From Chrysochromulina tobinii (taxonomy: Eukaryota), in contig JWZX01003325.1 in NCBI GenBank assembly GCA_001275005.1, forward strand, positions 1 to 64,000: DNA of 64,000 bases. Reading direction: 5' to 3'. The position numbers and the translations under genes were made by a program. The notes below the pieces were generated by a model. It made no database searches. It saw only the letters and a list, made by a program, of their open reading frames with translations, and was not told the origin of the DNA. Below, in pieces: positions 12,458 to 23,394 of the stretch. How positions within the stretch are numbered: the first letter of the stretch is position 1; each line of letters starts with the position of its first letter.

Positions 12458-14935
12458 ATGCTCGCGGCATCGGTCAAGGCGCACGCCGAGACGCACGCGG
12501 AATGTGACGAGAAGAAGGCGAAGCTCGCGGCTTCCTTCAAGGCGCACGCCGAGACGCAATGGACATGTGATGAGGAGAGGAGGAAGCACATGGCATCGGT
12601 TCAGGCGCATGCCGAGACGCACGCAGAATATCACGAGGAGAAGGCGAAGCTCGCGGCATCGGTCAAGGCGCACGCTGAGATGCAAGTGGCATACGATGAG
12701 GAGAAGGCGAAGCTCGTGGCATCGGTCAAGGCGCACGCCGAGACACATGCGGCGTGCGTCTCGGCGTGCGCCGCGTGTGGCGAGGAGAAGGCGAAGCTCG
12801 CGGCTTCTTTCACGGCGCACGCCGAGACGCAGGTGACATATGACGAGGAGAAGGCGAAGCTTGCGGCATCGGTCAAGGCACACGCCGAGACGCAAGTGGC
12901 ATACGATGAGGAGAAGGCCGAGCTCGTCGCATCGGTCAAGGCGCACGCGCTAGCGCAGGCCGAGGCCGAGAGCAAGGGCAGCCGCGCGGTCAACCAAACC
13001 TTCCAGAGAGTGATGAGCAACAACTCCCTCATGTGCGAGCTTGCTCTGAAGCAGCTCACGTCGTTCACGCTGAGCGAGGCCGACGACGCGACACGCAGCG
13101 TTCTGCTCGATGGGCTGCGGTGCATCCTCGCCGAATCAATGGCTGGTGTCCAGATGCAGGCCGAGACGCAAGCGGAATGTGACGATGAAAGGGCTAACCT
13201 CGCGGCATCGGTCAAGGCGCACGCCGAGACCCACGCGGAATGTGACGAGGAGAAGGCCAAGCTCGCGGCATCGGTCAAGGCGCACGCCGAGACGCAGGAG
13301 GCATACGACGAGGAGAAGGCGAAGCTCGTCGCATCGGTCAAGGCGCACGCCGAGACGCACGCGGAATGTGACGAGGAGACGAGGAAGCTCGTCGCATCGG
13401 TCAAGGCGCACGCCGAGACCCACGCGGAATGCGACGAGGAGACGAGGAAGCTCGTCGCATCGGTCAAGGCGCATGCCGAGACGCACGCGGAATGCGACGT
13501 GGAGACGAGGAAGCTCGTCGCATCGGTCAAGGCGCACGCCGAGACGCAGGTGGCATACGATGAGGAGAAGGCGAAGCTCGCGGCATCGGTCAAGGCGCAC
13601 GCGTTAACACAGGCTGAGGCCGAGAGCAAGGGCAACCGCGTGATCAACCATACCTCGAAGAGAGTGATGAGCAACACCTCCCTCATGTGCGAGCTAGCTC
13701 TGAAGCAGCTCTCGTCGTTCACGCTGAGCGAGGCCGACGACGCGACACGCAGCGTGCTGCTCGAGCGGCTGCGGCGCACCCTCGCCGAGTCCATCGCAGG
13801 TTTCCACATGTGCAAGACCGTGCTGCTGCAGACGTCGATCATCAGCGGCGAATACCATCCAGTGCGCGAGGAGTTCACCCTGGAGCAGATCTTCGAGCAC
13901 CTCGGGCTGAGCGCTGCGTTGCGTGTTGTGATCGACGCAGCCGACACGCGTAGCATGCGGGCCGACAAGGCGCTCCTCACAAGCATCCTGTTCAACGCGT
14001 CACAGAACGCGCTCGTGCACGGCGAGCAGGGTGGCACTGTGCATGTGGGCGCCGCGCTGAGCGATGGCAGCCCTTCCTGCCTCACGGTCACCATCCGCAA
14101 TGCCCCGGGCGTCAACCACGCAAAGCTCATCGCCTTCACGCAGGCCAAGGGCAATGTGGACTTGCTTGCCATCCGTGCTGGCGAGGGCAGCGCCCCATCC
14201 AAGAATCAAGATGAGAGTAAAAGAAGCAGAGTGAATAGCTCGGAGCTGTGCAAGCCCTCGCGCGAGCTCAGTAAGATGGCTGTGGGCACTGTGGACTCGA
14301 CATACCTCGGTCTAGGCGCCATCCTGCGCGACGCGCGAGCCTTCAACCCGCCCGCGCTCACAAGCCTAGCTATCGGCGCGCACGAGGTGGCCTTCTCGAT
14401 CACGCTCGACGTGGTGCTCGTCGAGCACGATGCGTCCGCTGCCCAGACGCGCGTGCTGCCCACGGGCTTGGTCTTCGTATGGCTGGACGACGATGACATG
14501 CCTCGGATCTACGCGGACGCCGTCCTCAGGGCGGCAAAGGCCAACATGGATGCGTCGCTCATCCTGGGCGAGACGTACGAGGAGGCGCGCACGTGCCTTG
14601 CGCGCGTGATGGAGCTGTCTGCGGCGCACGGCGAGGAGCGCATGATCGTCCTCCTGGACCAGAACATCGACCAGTACCATGAGTGCGCCACCGAGGGTGT
14701 GCTACAAGGCACCGAGATATGTCGCGAGATGCGCAGGCGCGGCTTCCGAGGTACGATCGCCATCTGCTCGGCGAACGACGAGCCCAAAGATGAATACATG
14801 TACCTCCAGGCGGGTGCAAACGTGTCCATAGGCAAGGGCCTGGCGGGCGGACTCTCGGCCATCCTCTCCAAGCTCGCCGACGCCCATTTCGAGACGCGAG
14901 AGGCGCTCTCGACACGGGAGGTGCCACCTGCCTAA
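12458..14935 (+). CDS. Hybrid histidine kinase-like protein: 21-aa coiled-coil repeats, duplicated DHp-like segment, HATPase_c and receiver domain (intronless)
   Basis: H-box-like INHTSKRVMSN; N-box ADKALLTSILFNASQNALVHG; G2-like STYLGLG; receiver motifs WLDDDD, IVLLDQN, ICSAN, IGKG. First in-frame ATG is at 12458. Confidence 0.8.
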   Translation: MLAASVKAHAETHAECDEKKAKLAASFKAHAETQWTCDEERRKHMASVQAHAETHAEYHEEKAKLAASVKAHAEMQVAYDEEKAKLVASVKAHAETHAACVSACAACGEEKAKLAASFTAHAETQVTYDEEKAKLAASVKAHAETQVAYDEEKAELVASVKAHALAQAEAESKGSRAVNQTFQRVMSNNSLMCELALKQLTSFTLSEADDATRSVLLDGLRCILAESMAGVQMQAETQAECDDERANLAASVKAHAETHAECDEEKAKLAASVKAHAETQEAYDEEKAKLVASVKAHAETHAECDEETRKLVASVKAHAETHAECDEETRKLVASVKAHAETHAECDVETRKLVASVKAHAETQVAYDEEKAKLAASVKAHALTQAEAESKGNRVINHTSKRVMSNTSLMCELALKQLSSFTLSEADDATRSVLLERLRRTLAESIAGFHMCKTVLLQTSIISGEYHPVREEFTLEQIFEHLGLSAALRVVIDAADTRSMRADKALLTSILFNASQNALVHGEQGGTVHVGAALSDGSPSCLTVTIRNAPGVNHAKLIAFTQAKGNVDLLAIRAGEGSAPSKNQDESKRSRVNSSELCKPSRELSKMAVGTVDSTYLGLGAILRDARAFNPPALTSLAIGAHEVAFSITLDVVLVEHDASAAQTRVLPTGLVFVWLDDDDMPRIYADAVLRAAKANMDASLILGETYEEARTCLARVMELSAAHGEERMIVLLDQNIDQYHECATEGVLQGTEICREMRRRGFRGTIAICSANDEPKDEYMYLQAGANVSIGKGLAGGLSAILSKLADAHFETREALSTREVPPA
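12460..13605 (+). repeat. Coding tandem repeat of ~63 bp (EEKAKLAASVKAHAETHAECD) in two arrays (~12460-12950 and ~13160-13605)
   Basis: Repeated gagaaggcgaagctcgcggcatcggtcaaggcgcacgccgagacgca units are visible directly. Confidence 0.95.
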
Positions 14936-16509
14936 TTAGGGACGTGCCACTTGCATGGCCTTGACTGCCGCGAACTTGAGCTCCTCGCGTCCTCGGGCAA
15001 GTCCATGCCCTGCTCCTGCGGGGTTTGCCGATGCCCTGAGACGCCGTAATTCCCGGACGTGCACAGCTTGTCGAGAAGCCCTGGCGGCGGGGTTTGCCAA
15101 TGCCCTGAGCGATCTGAGGGCTCAGGCGCTCATACTGCTGGGCCAGCCGTTCCTATTCAAGGCCGACGCGCGTGAGTGGTGAGGGGGAGGGCAGCTTGAT
15201 AACAGGTAAGCGTCAGTGGGGGCTGTGGCGTTTCCTACAGCGGGACCTGTGAGCAGTCCCGTGAGCCCGGGCGTGCATGTATGAGTATGAGCCAACGGTA
15301 CCTATTGGCTGAGCCAACACTCATTGGCTGGCGAGCGTATGCCCGGAATCCGTGTACATGCGTGTTGTGTCGCTGTGGCGTCCGGTATATCCCGTGAATG
15401 TGTACGTCGTCAAGCGGCGGGAATGGCTGATCCCCGCCGTGAGATAAAAGTCGAGGCATCAATTAATAAACACAGGAACCGTGGTTTCCCCGTTCGAACG
15501 GTTCGTCCTCGAGAATGATCGACCGTCGAGGAACCGTTGGACGTGACTCGAAGTTCGCAAAATGTATGTTAGCGGGAGCAAAAGGTCTACGAGCTTACAA
15601 ACACGCATCCGCGCAACTTCCCTCGTTAAAGCATCACATGGCAGCTCTTATTCGATTCATCACGTATCATATCCCGCACCGCATGCTGTCGGGGTTAATA
15701 AAAAGCTGTGGTGGCCACATGTTCAGACAACGCCAACAGTTAGGCCGCGCAGCCGCCTCACCTTTGGCAGCGGCAGACACTTTACACAAGTCACGAAGGA
15801 CGACGCGACACCGCTGACCAGACATAGATACTGTACCCCCCACAACACCCACGAGTCATTACCATACCCATTAACGAAATGAGGCTGTAAGTTCCGAGAC
15901 AGCCGCATCACGCATCGCGCCCCAAAGCCAATGCCACCGGCTAGGCCCAAGGCGCGTGCGTGTAGTAGTCGTTGACCAAGTCGTCATCATCGATACCGTG
16001 ATGACCTATCGCTCCATCGATGCCGTCGCGCATGGAGATCATCGGCTCCAGGTCCAAGCATGGCCTCCGTGTGCTGCCGCATGTGAATCCATTCCAATCG
16101 GGGGTACCTGCCGTTTGCGCGCATTTGCGATCTTGGCGTGTCCTTCGTTTCCGAACCGAACCGACCATCACCAACATGCGCAGCAGTTTGCAGCTGCCCC
16201 CCACCCGTTAACCTCATGCATAGGCATGCGTGTGATAATTGCACTCACCCTCCCGCGTGCCGACCGGACCGGACGCCTCAACCCCAGCAAGCAGTCCATT
16301 TGGCATCTTCTCTGTTCTCCATCTCGAGGACCGCGACGACGAGCCGGCACAGCACGACCAACAGGAACAGTTGGATTCATGACATCCTGCAGATCTGCAC
16401 AGCTGAGCTCGCCGCCACGTGCAACGCAGCCGTAGACGTGTGTGGAGCTGCCTTGCCGAGTGCTCTGTGCGTTCTTCATACACATATTCGCGAGTATCTG
16501 CAGCTGCAC

Positions 16510-18478
16510 TCACACAGCGCATGCCAGCAGCGCCACGGGCTCGCCGGGCCGTTTGTCGCAAAAGCTGTGGAGATGGCCATCCTCCACCGCGCAGAGCTGT
16601 GGGCCTCGCGCCATCGGCGCCGGTGCGCGTGTGTCGAGCGATCGGGACGTTGAGGGCTCGCTTTCAGCCTGGTCCCCCGGTGTACACCCTTCAGGCGCCG
16701 TCGGCAGGCTCGTTGACTTGAGAGCCGCCGCCGCTGTAACGGTAGCACCGCTCGCGGAACCTCTCGGAAGCGGCCGGCTGAGCTTCAGGCGGCGATAGAG
16801 CGCCGCGACGCGCATTCGCTGCCGGGGGTCGGCGCGGTTGCCAAAGGTGGCTTGCCAGGAGGAAGACTTAGCATGCTCGTGCGCAGCCACAAAGTGGCGC
16901 GGCAGCACCACAAACTGCGCGCCGCACGCCGCGACCGTGTACAGGTGGCTCACTTTATTCATGCCATAGCCAGTGAAGCGCTCATCGTACAGCGGCAGCC
17001 AAGCTTTTGAGGCGATCACATACGGCTCGTACGAGTCCGCATACGCGACCGGGTATGGCGCACTCGCGACCTGCCACGTGGCATAGTCGGTGGGCGCATG
17101 ACCCGCCGGGAAGTGGTCGATGTGGAAGGGCGTCGCCGCGGGCGGCTCGCAGCTCGCGAGACTGAGCAGAGCCGCCTGCTCCTTGGGCAGCTTATGTGCT
17201 GGCGAGACCTCGAAGGCAGGTACCACGAGGACAGTGCGGGTGCTGCCGTCTTCCAGCCTCGCCAGGAGCCCCGCGTCACGCGACAGCTCCTGAAGCAGCC
17301 CCGCCGACGGCACAAAGTCGACATCGATAAGGAAGACGAGGTCCGTTGGCGCGTGGCGTAACGCGAGGTTGCGCAGCGCATTGATCGGATAGAGCGGTTT
17401 TGGTGCCCCCGCATGCTCCGTGCCACGGTCGCCTCCGGCGGCCGAGCCGAGGACATCGTGGTGCTGGTCGTCGTCGTCGGTCGCCACGTGGTCGACCAGT
17501 TTGGCGTCGTCCTCAATGTTGGCAGCGTTGGCGGCGGTAGCGACGCCAGTGGCGAGGATGGAGTTGGTGGGCGCGTTGGTCGCGATGGCTGCCGCGGTCG
17601 GAGGGTAGGCAAGCGAGAGCACGAGATGCATCCAAATCTCGCTTGGGAGCTCGAGCTCGAGCTCGCGCCGCGCGTGGCGCTCGGCAGCCAGCGCCTCCTC
17701 TGACCCCTCAGTCTGGTCAATGTAGAGCGCGACCGACGCAGGGCCGCGCCACGCTTTCAGGAGTGCCAGCAGCCTGCCGAGCCTGTCGAGCGAGCACTGC
17801 GTCACGAGGCTGATGGGGCCGGCCGCGGCGGCCGCGGGCGGGCAGAGCACCGCAGGTCGGCTTGGGTAGTGGAGCGGCTGCAGGCTGCCGAGCACCGCCT
17901 CCTCGGCCTGGGCGATGAGGACATGCCAGCGGGTTTCCAGCACATCACTGTGATCCACGAGAGCGGCGGCCTTGAGCGCGCGCCGCGCTGCCGCTTGCTC
18001 AGCTTGGCGCGCGCAGCGGGCCGCAGCACCCCAGGCCGCGGTTGGCACGCCGCGCATTCCTGACCGGATTTGGTCGTTGGGTCCGCCACGCCCGCGCCGC
18101 CCGCCATCGGGTAGGTCAGTCGGCCCCGCGCCTCCATACATTTCGACATCACCGTCGGCCGCCCCCGCTGCATCGTCAGCACCGGCGTCGGCCTCAAGCT
18201 CAGCCTCAAAAGCAGCCATATCCACCGGCAGTGGAGTGTCCGCGCCGTAGGCGTCGCCGATAGCGTCACCCCCATCGACAACAACTCCGTCCGAGGGCAG
18301 TGCACCCCCACTAACGTTTCCACCAGTGGATGTTTGATCCGCGTAGCCATGGTGTGCATAGTTGTGGGAATCATAGGGGCGGTTGTACATGAGGTCGTGA
18401 TTCATATGGTACGAGCTCATCATATAGTAGGCGCCCAGCCCGCCGAAGCCGTAGAGCAGGAAGGGGTCGTTGTACGAG

Positions 18479-18543
<65 letters not shown>

Positions 18544-21500
18544 ATGCCCGCATTGATAATGCGAGCTGTAGTAGTACGCCTTGGGTCGGGGCAGCTCGAA
18601 GACCTTCTCGGGCGGTTGCGGCTGCGTGATCGGCACGAGGGCCTGAAACTGCATGCCCGGCCTGTGGCCGGCTGGCACGGCCACCTGTGCGCTCTTCACG
18701 CCCGAGGCCAGCTGCAACTGGATCGTGATCATGCTGCCGGGGATCGCACCGGGCGGCACAGTCACTGTCACCTCCTGCATGTGCGGCGGCGGTGGCGGCG
18801 GCGGCGGCGGTGGCGCGTAGACCGTCTGAGCAACTGGGATCGCTGGATAGGCGACCGCGGGTACGGCTGAAGCAAAAGCCACGTTTGAATCGGCAACCAT
18901 TGGCGGGAGTAATGGCTCAGCCATTGGGAATGGCGGGGGTAATGGCTCAGCCATGGGCAAGCCCATCTCGGCACGTCCTGTCGGCGCGGCCACTGTCGCA
19001 ACTGGGGTCCCCATCACAATGGCCACCTGCTCGGGCGCAGGTGTCGCGTGGACGATCCGATGCGGCGCGCACGATCCCACGCCCGCGTTCGCGTGCAGCT
19101 CCCCAACGGGCGTCCATCGGAAGTCGGGTGGCAGCGGGCTGGCGATCGCAGTGCTCAGGCTGCCCGTAATGTATTGGTAACGCGCATTCCAGTTGGTGCG
19201 CATTCCAGTGCCAAACTCACCAGGCCGGTGCGAGCCTGGGGGTTCAAGCCGCATCACGCCCGAGGGCATCGGTTTGAGAGGAACGGCCGCCGGGTCCTTG
19301 GCCGCCTGGCTCGCATAGTAGGCCGCCTCCTTCTGATGAAACTTGGCCTCGGCATCCTGCGTGCGCGCTTCATGAAGGAGCCCCTCCACCTTCGCATCCA
19401 TTGCCTCTTCCTCCGCGAAGGCCTCACGCGTCGAGTCCCGTAGTGTCTCATAGTACTCCTTTTGTTCGGGCGGTACGGCGCGCCAGAGCACGCCCAGCGC
19501 TGACGGCGTCAAGTAGGGCTTTGCCCATCCCCGCAGCCACGCGGTGAACCACACGTCACTGAACTCCATCTTCTTCTTGCCCTCCTTAACGGCCGTGCGC
19601 CACTTAGCGAGGAGGACGTGCCGGCGCTCCCACAGCTTCACCTTTTGCGCCTCACGCGTGGCGGCCGCCTTCTCGCTGGCCTTGGCAGCGGCCTTCGCGG
19701 CCTGCGCGGCAAGCTTGAGCTCGGCGTTGCTGCTCTTGCCCGCGCCCTTGATGGAAGCGACTTCCTGATTTCGGAGAATGCTCGCCTGCAGCGACGCAAC
19801 GAGCGTGCGCAGCTTGTCTTTGTCGAGGCGCGCCTTGGACTGCGCCTTCTTGCCCTGTTTGAGCAAGGCAAGTCCCTGGTTCTTGACCGAATGGTTGCAG
19901 TACCCGCCGCGGCCGTAGGCTGACTTGATCATCTGTCTCCCTCGGAGTTCCGTAGAGAGCGACGACCGATAAGCATTCGCGTCCGCCTCGAGGGCCGCCC
20001 CGATGTCGGCGTCGGGGAAGGGCAGGTCGACGATCTTCTTGTTCGAGTTGAGCGCAAGCACGATCGCCTTGAGGCCCTCGAGGCACACGTTGCCGCGTGG
20101 GTCGAGCCCGAGTCCGTTGTGGTCGATGCGCAGCGCGGTGAGCGTGCGGTTGGTCTTGAGCGCCATGCCTAGCTGAACCATGCCCGCGTCGCCCAGCCGG
20201 TTGGCCGAAACGTCGAGGTACTCGAGGCTCAGATTTTTCGGCAGCATCACCTGGAAGAGCGTCGCGAGTGCCGGCCCACCGAAGCGCTGCGCCTTTCCAG
20301 CGACGGAAAGCTGCTTGAGGCTGAGACCTTCGACGAGCTTACTCAGCGATTCCACAGCTGCGTGGCGAGTCTGCAAATCCGCCAAGTTGGAGATCGTACC
20401 TGGCGTCCAGTTGGCATCGAGGTTTAGAGACTTGAGAGGACCCGCGCCCAGGCGCAGCAGCCCTTCGCTGAGCTGCAGAAGCCCTTGGTCACCAAGGCCC
20501 GAGTCGCGCAGCACTAGCGCCGAGGGCAACGATAGTCTCGGCGAGGACGGTCCGATGCCCCGCCAAAACGAACTGCTCGGCGAGGGTGGCCTGCTCGGCT
20601 GGAGAACCGCGAGCACGTCGGGTAGAAGTGTCTTCGCCGCATTGGGCGTCGAGAGTTCGAGCTGCATCGAGGGTGCCGCTGCCGCCCGCTGGAACAATGC
20701 ACTGAGGAACGCTTGCTTGGAGAAGCTTCCGAGCTCCAGAGCCCCAAACTGCACCTGCTGCGCGGGCGGCATGCGTGCCTCGAGGCCGCTTAGGTTCACA
20801 ACACTCAGATGCGGGCCGCATGCATTGAGCAGCGCCACGAGCTCGGCACCCCACGCAACGCCCTGAAGGTCGAGGGAGCGCAGGGAGCGCAGCGAGCCGG
20901 CAAGTAAATTGCCAAAGGAATGTAGCTCCACGTCCGAGTGGGCGAGCGCGAGCTTCTCAAGCTTGCGCAGACTGTTGAGCAGCACGGCCAGAGTGGCGCC
21001 CGCGCCTTTCAGTTGGTTGCCCGACAAATGAAGCTGCAGCAGGTTGAACTGTCCCGGCTGGTTGCCTCCGCTGCCACCCCCAGGCTGCAGGGCCTGCAGC
21101 ACCGCCGCAATTCCCAGGCCGCCAATCTTGCAGTTGACCAGATGAAGCTCGGCGAGCAGCCCTGGACGCAGCCGCTGCAACGCTTGCGCGAGCGCGTTTG
21201 CGCCAGCGTCGCCCACGAGGCAGCCGTTCAGATTGATGACCGAGAGGCCCGAGCTTGGGTTGGCCGCAAGCCCGCGACACACGGCCGCCGTCGCCTGCGC
21301 CGTGCCATGCACCTGGTCCAGCGTGAGGGCCACCAGCCGCGTGTTGCATGCAAGCAAGGGGCCGAGCACCCCGATCGTGTCCGAGAGATGCGTCGCGCCC
21401 GTGGCCTTGAACGACAGGAACTTGTATCCGAGAGAGCGAGAGCGCTGTGGTGAGCACTGGCATGCAAGGCAAGTCATCAAAGGCAGGTCATCAGTGGCAA

Positions 21501-22545
21501 TCAACGTACCTTGGTATTGTACTTGAGCGCATCGCAAAGCGGCGCAAGCGCCTTAGCGCCCCATTCGCGCACGTCTACTTCCATGCGGCTGAGCCAGCGG
21601 CGCACGCACAGCAACGCGGGGCTCGTCTCGACGGCTGGTCGGCCGCGCGTCATCACACCTTCAAGCACGTCTTCCGGCTCGGGGAGGCCGTGCTTGTTGG
21701 CGTGCATTGTGTAGCACGTGTGCAGGTTGCCATCGATTGCGAGTGGCGGGAGCCACTCGAGGGGCAGCTGGGCGAGGTTGACGCGCCTGCGTGCACCGGG
21801 CGCAGAAGGACGTGATGACGCGGACGGGTGAGCTAGGGCAGCGAGGCGGGGAGCAGGGGGGGCGGGGGAGCCGTGGGGGGCGGCGGGTAAATAAGGGACG
21901 GCGCCTTCTGAATCGAGGCCGAAGGCGGCCAGTTCCTGCGCGGATGGGGGGCGGATCTCGAGCGGCTCACATGAGACACGCGCAGTGCGCCGTCGAGCTG
22001 CAAACCCACAGGAGGGTCGCCAGCTGGCCCGCGATCTCAATGTTCGCCGAGATACTCCACGGTTCGCGACCGGGCTGCACGAAGTGCAGCGTGGCCTTGT
22101 TGCCCTCGACGACGGTCGCGCCAACTTCGAGGGCGTGGCAAGTGGTCTGCACGGCTGATCCCTTGATGATGAACAGGCGCCCAAAGCCCGTCAGGACCAC
22201 GATGCGCGCGCCAGCGTCGAGGCGCCCGCCGTCTGCTTGCAGCACATTCGCCCATGCGACAAAGAGGAGCTGTTCGCCGCCGTGGAACAAGGCGTGATTC
22301 CTCAGCGGATCGAGGACCGTGGATACGTTCACGAACGGTTTGATGCCCTGTGGCGAGCGCTTGGGGGCGATGAAGATGCAGTGCGGACCAGCAACCAGTG
22401 TGTCATCGAGGACAAATGTCGGGTCTTGGGGCCCTTGGAAGGGACTGAGCGTCTTCTTGACGCGGCGCATAACGGCGCCATCTGATCTCGAGAGCAAGAT
22501 GACCTCATCCTCGCCTGCGTACGATGTGGAGCAGCAGGCACCCAT
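16510..22545 (-). CDS. CARMIL-like PH/LRR protein fused to a C-terminal GT49 (LARGE/B4GAT1-type) glycosyltransferase domain, ~1,920 aa; introns 21787-21970 and 21421-21509
   Basis: N-terminus MGACCS; CARMIL-like LCDALKYNTK|FLSF; RI-type LRRs (LEYLDVSANRLGDAG, LKTNRTLTALRIDHNGL); GT49 motifs ISLVTQCSLDRL, YPINALRNLA, FLIDVDF, VVPAFE, YEPYVI, YDERFTGYGMNK. Both introns are frame-consistent. Confidence 0.8.
18481..18543 (-). repeat. (CAG)n trinucleotide repeat encoding poly-Gln (~21 Q)
   Basis: Uninterrupted ctgctg run on the + strand, within the CARMIL-GT49 ORF. Confidence 0.95.
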
Positions 22546-23079
22546 GGTTGCAGGCCCCCTTGGTTGCTAGCTACCGCGTCGTAGTAAATAAATCTCTGTG
22601 GGAAAACTTGTGTGGGAAAAGGGAATGAAGGCGGCGCGGTTCACACGGCCACGTTCACGTTCACGTTATTTGCCGTCTCGGCAGGACCTTACGGCGGCTC
22701 CGTCCGACGATTCGATTTGCGCTGGCCAGAAGTACATGAGAGAGATTCCGTCGTGTTCCCACCCTCCACTCACCGCGATTTGAGCCTGGTCTCGTAGCTT
22801 CAGCAGGGTCCAGGGACGAGGAACCGGTGGATGTCGCGCTCACCAGGCTGCCTTTGTGTGGTTTGATGAACCGCAATCACCAACCTACGCGACCAAGTTT
22901 GCCTAGGCGTCTCGCAATTTGCGAACACATCGATGCATGTCGTGTCTCTCCCGACTCCCCCGCCCCGCTAATTCTCTCACACATTCAATTCCCAAACAGG
23001 TGTGGGGTTAGGGCCTTATAAACATGAAAAATAGTAGACCACTCCCCCTTGGGTCAAGACAGCTCCGCTACGGGCGCGG

Positions 23080-23081
<2 letters not shown>

Positions 23082-23124
<43 letters not shown>

Positions 23125-23232
23125 GTCTCTGTCTGTCTCTCTCTCTGTCCCTCTCTGTCCCTCTCTCTCCCTCTCTCTCCCTCTCTCTCCCTCTCTCTCC
23201 CTCTCTCTCGTCTCTCTCTCTCGCTCTCTCTC
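23082..23232. repeat. (CT)n/(GA)n microsatellite
   Basis: About 150 bp of tctctc/ctgtct/ccctct repeats in intergenic DNA. Confidence 0.95.
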
Positions 23233-23394
23233 GCACCAACACTGACATGCAACAATGCTACGAGTATGTGGGAACTCTGGGTCGTGCTACGTGCAGCAGC
23301 ACTCAAAACCTTGCGATGCGAGAGACACATCTCGCCTTCTCATCATGATGCTCTTGAAGGCTCCTGCGAGGCCGGCGGCGTGGCTTGAGTCTCC

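Noticed and set aside
12460..13605. Regularly spaced repeats resembling a CRISPR array
   Set aside because: Units are contiguous 63-bp coding repeats with no unique spacers, and there are no cas genes; the context is eukaryotic.
14955..16500. Several short overlapping ORFs between the kinase and the GT49 gene
   Set aside because: No recognisable motifs or consistent splice pattern; treated as intergenic/UTR.
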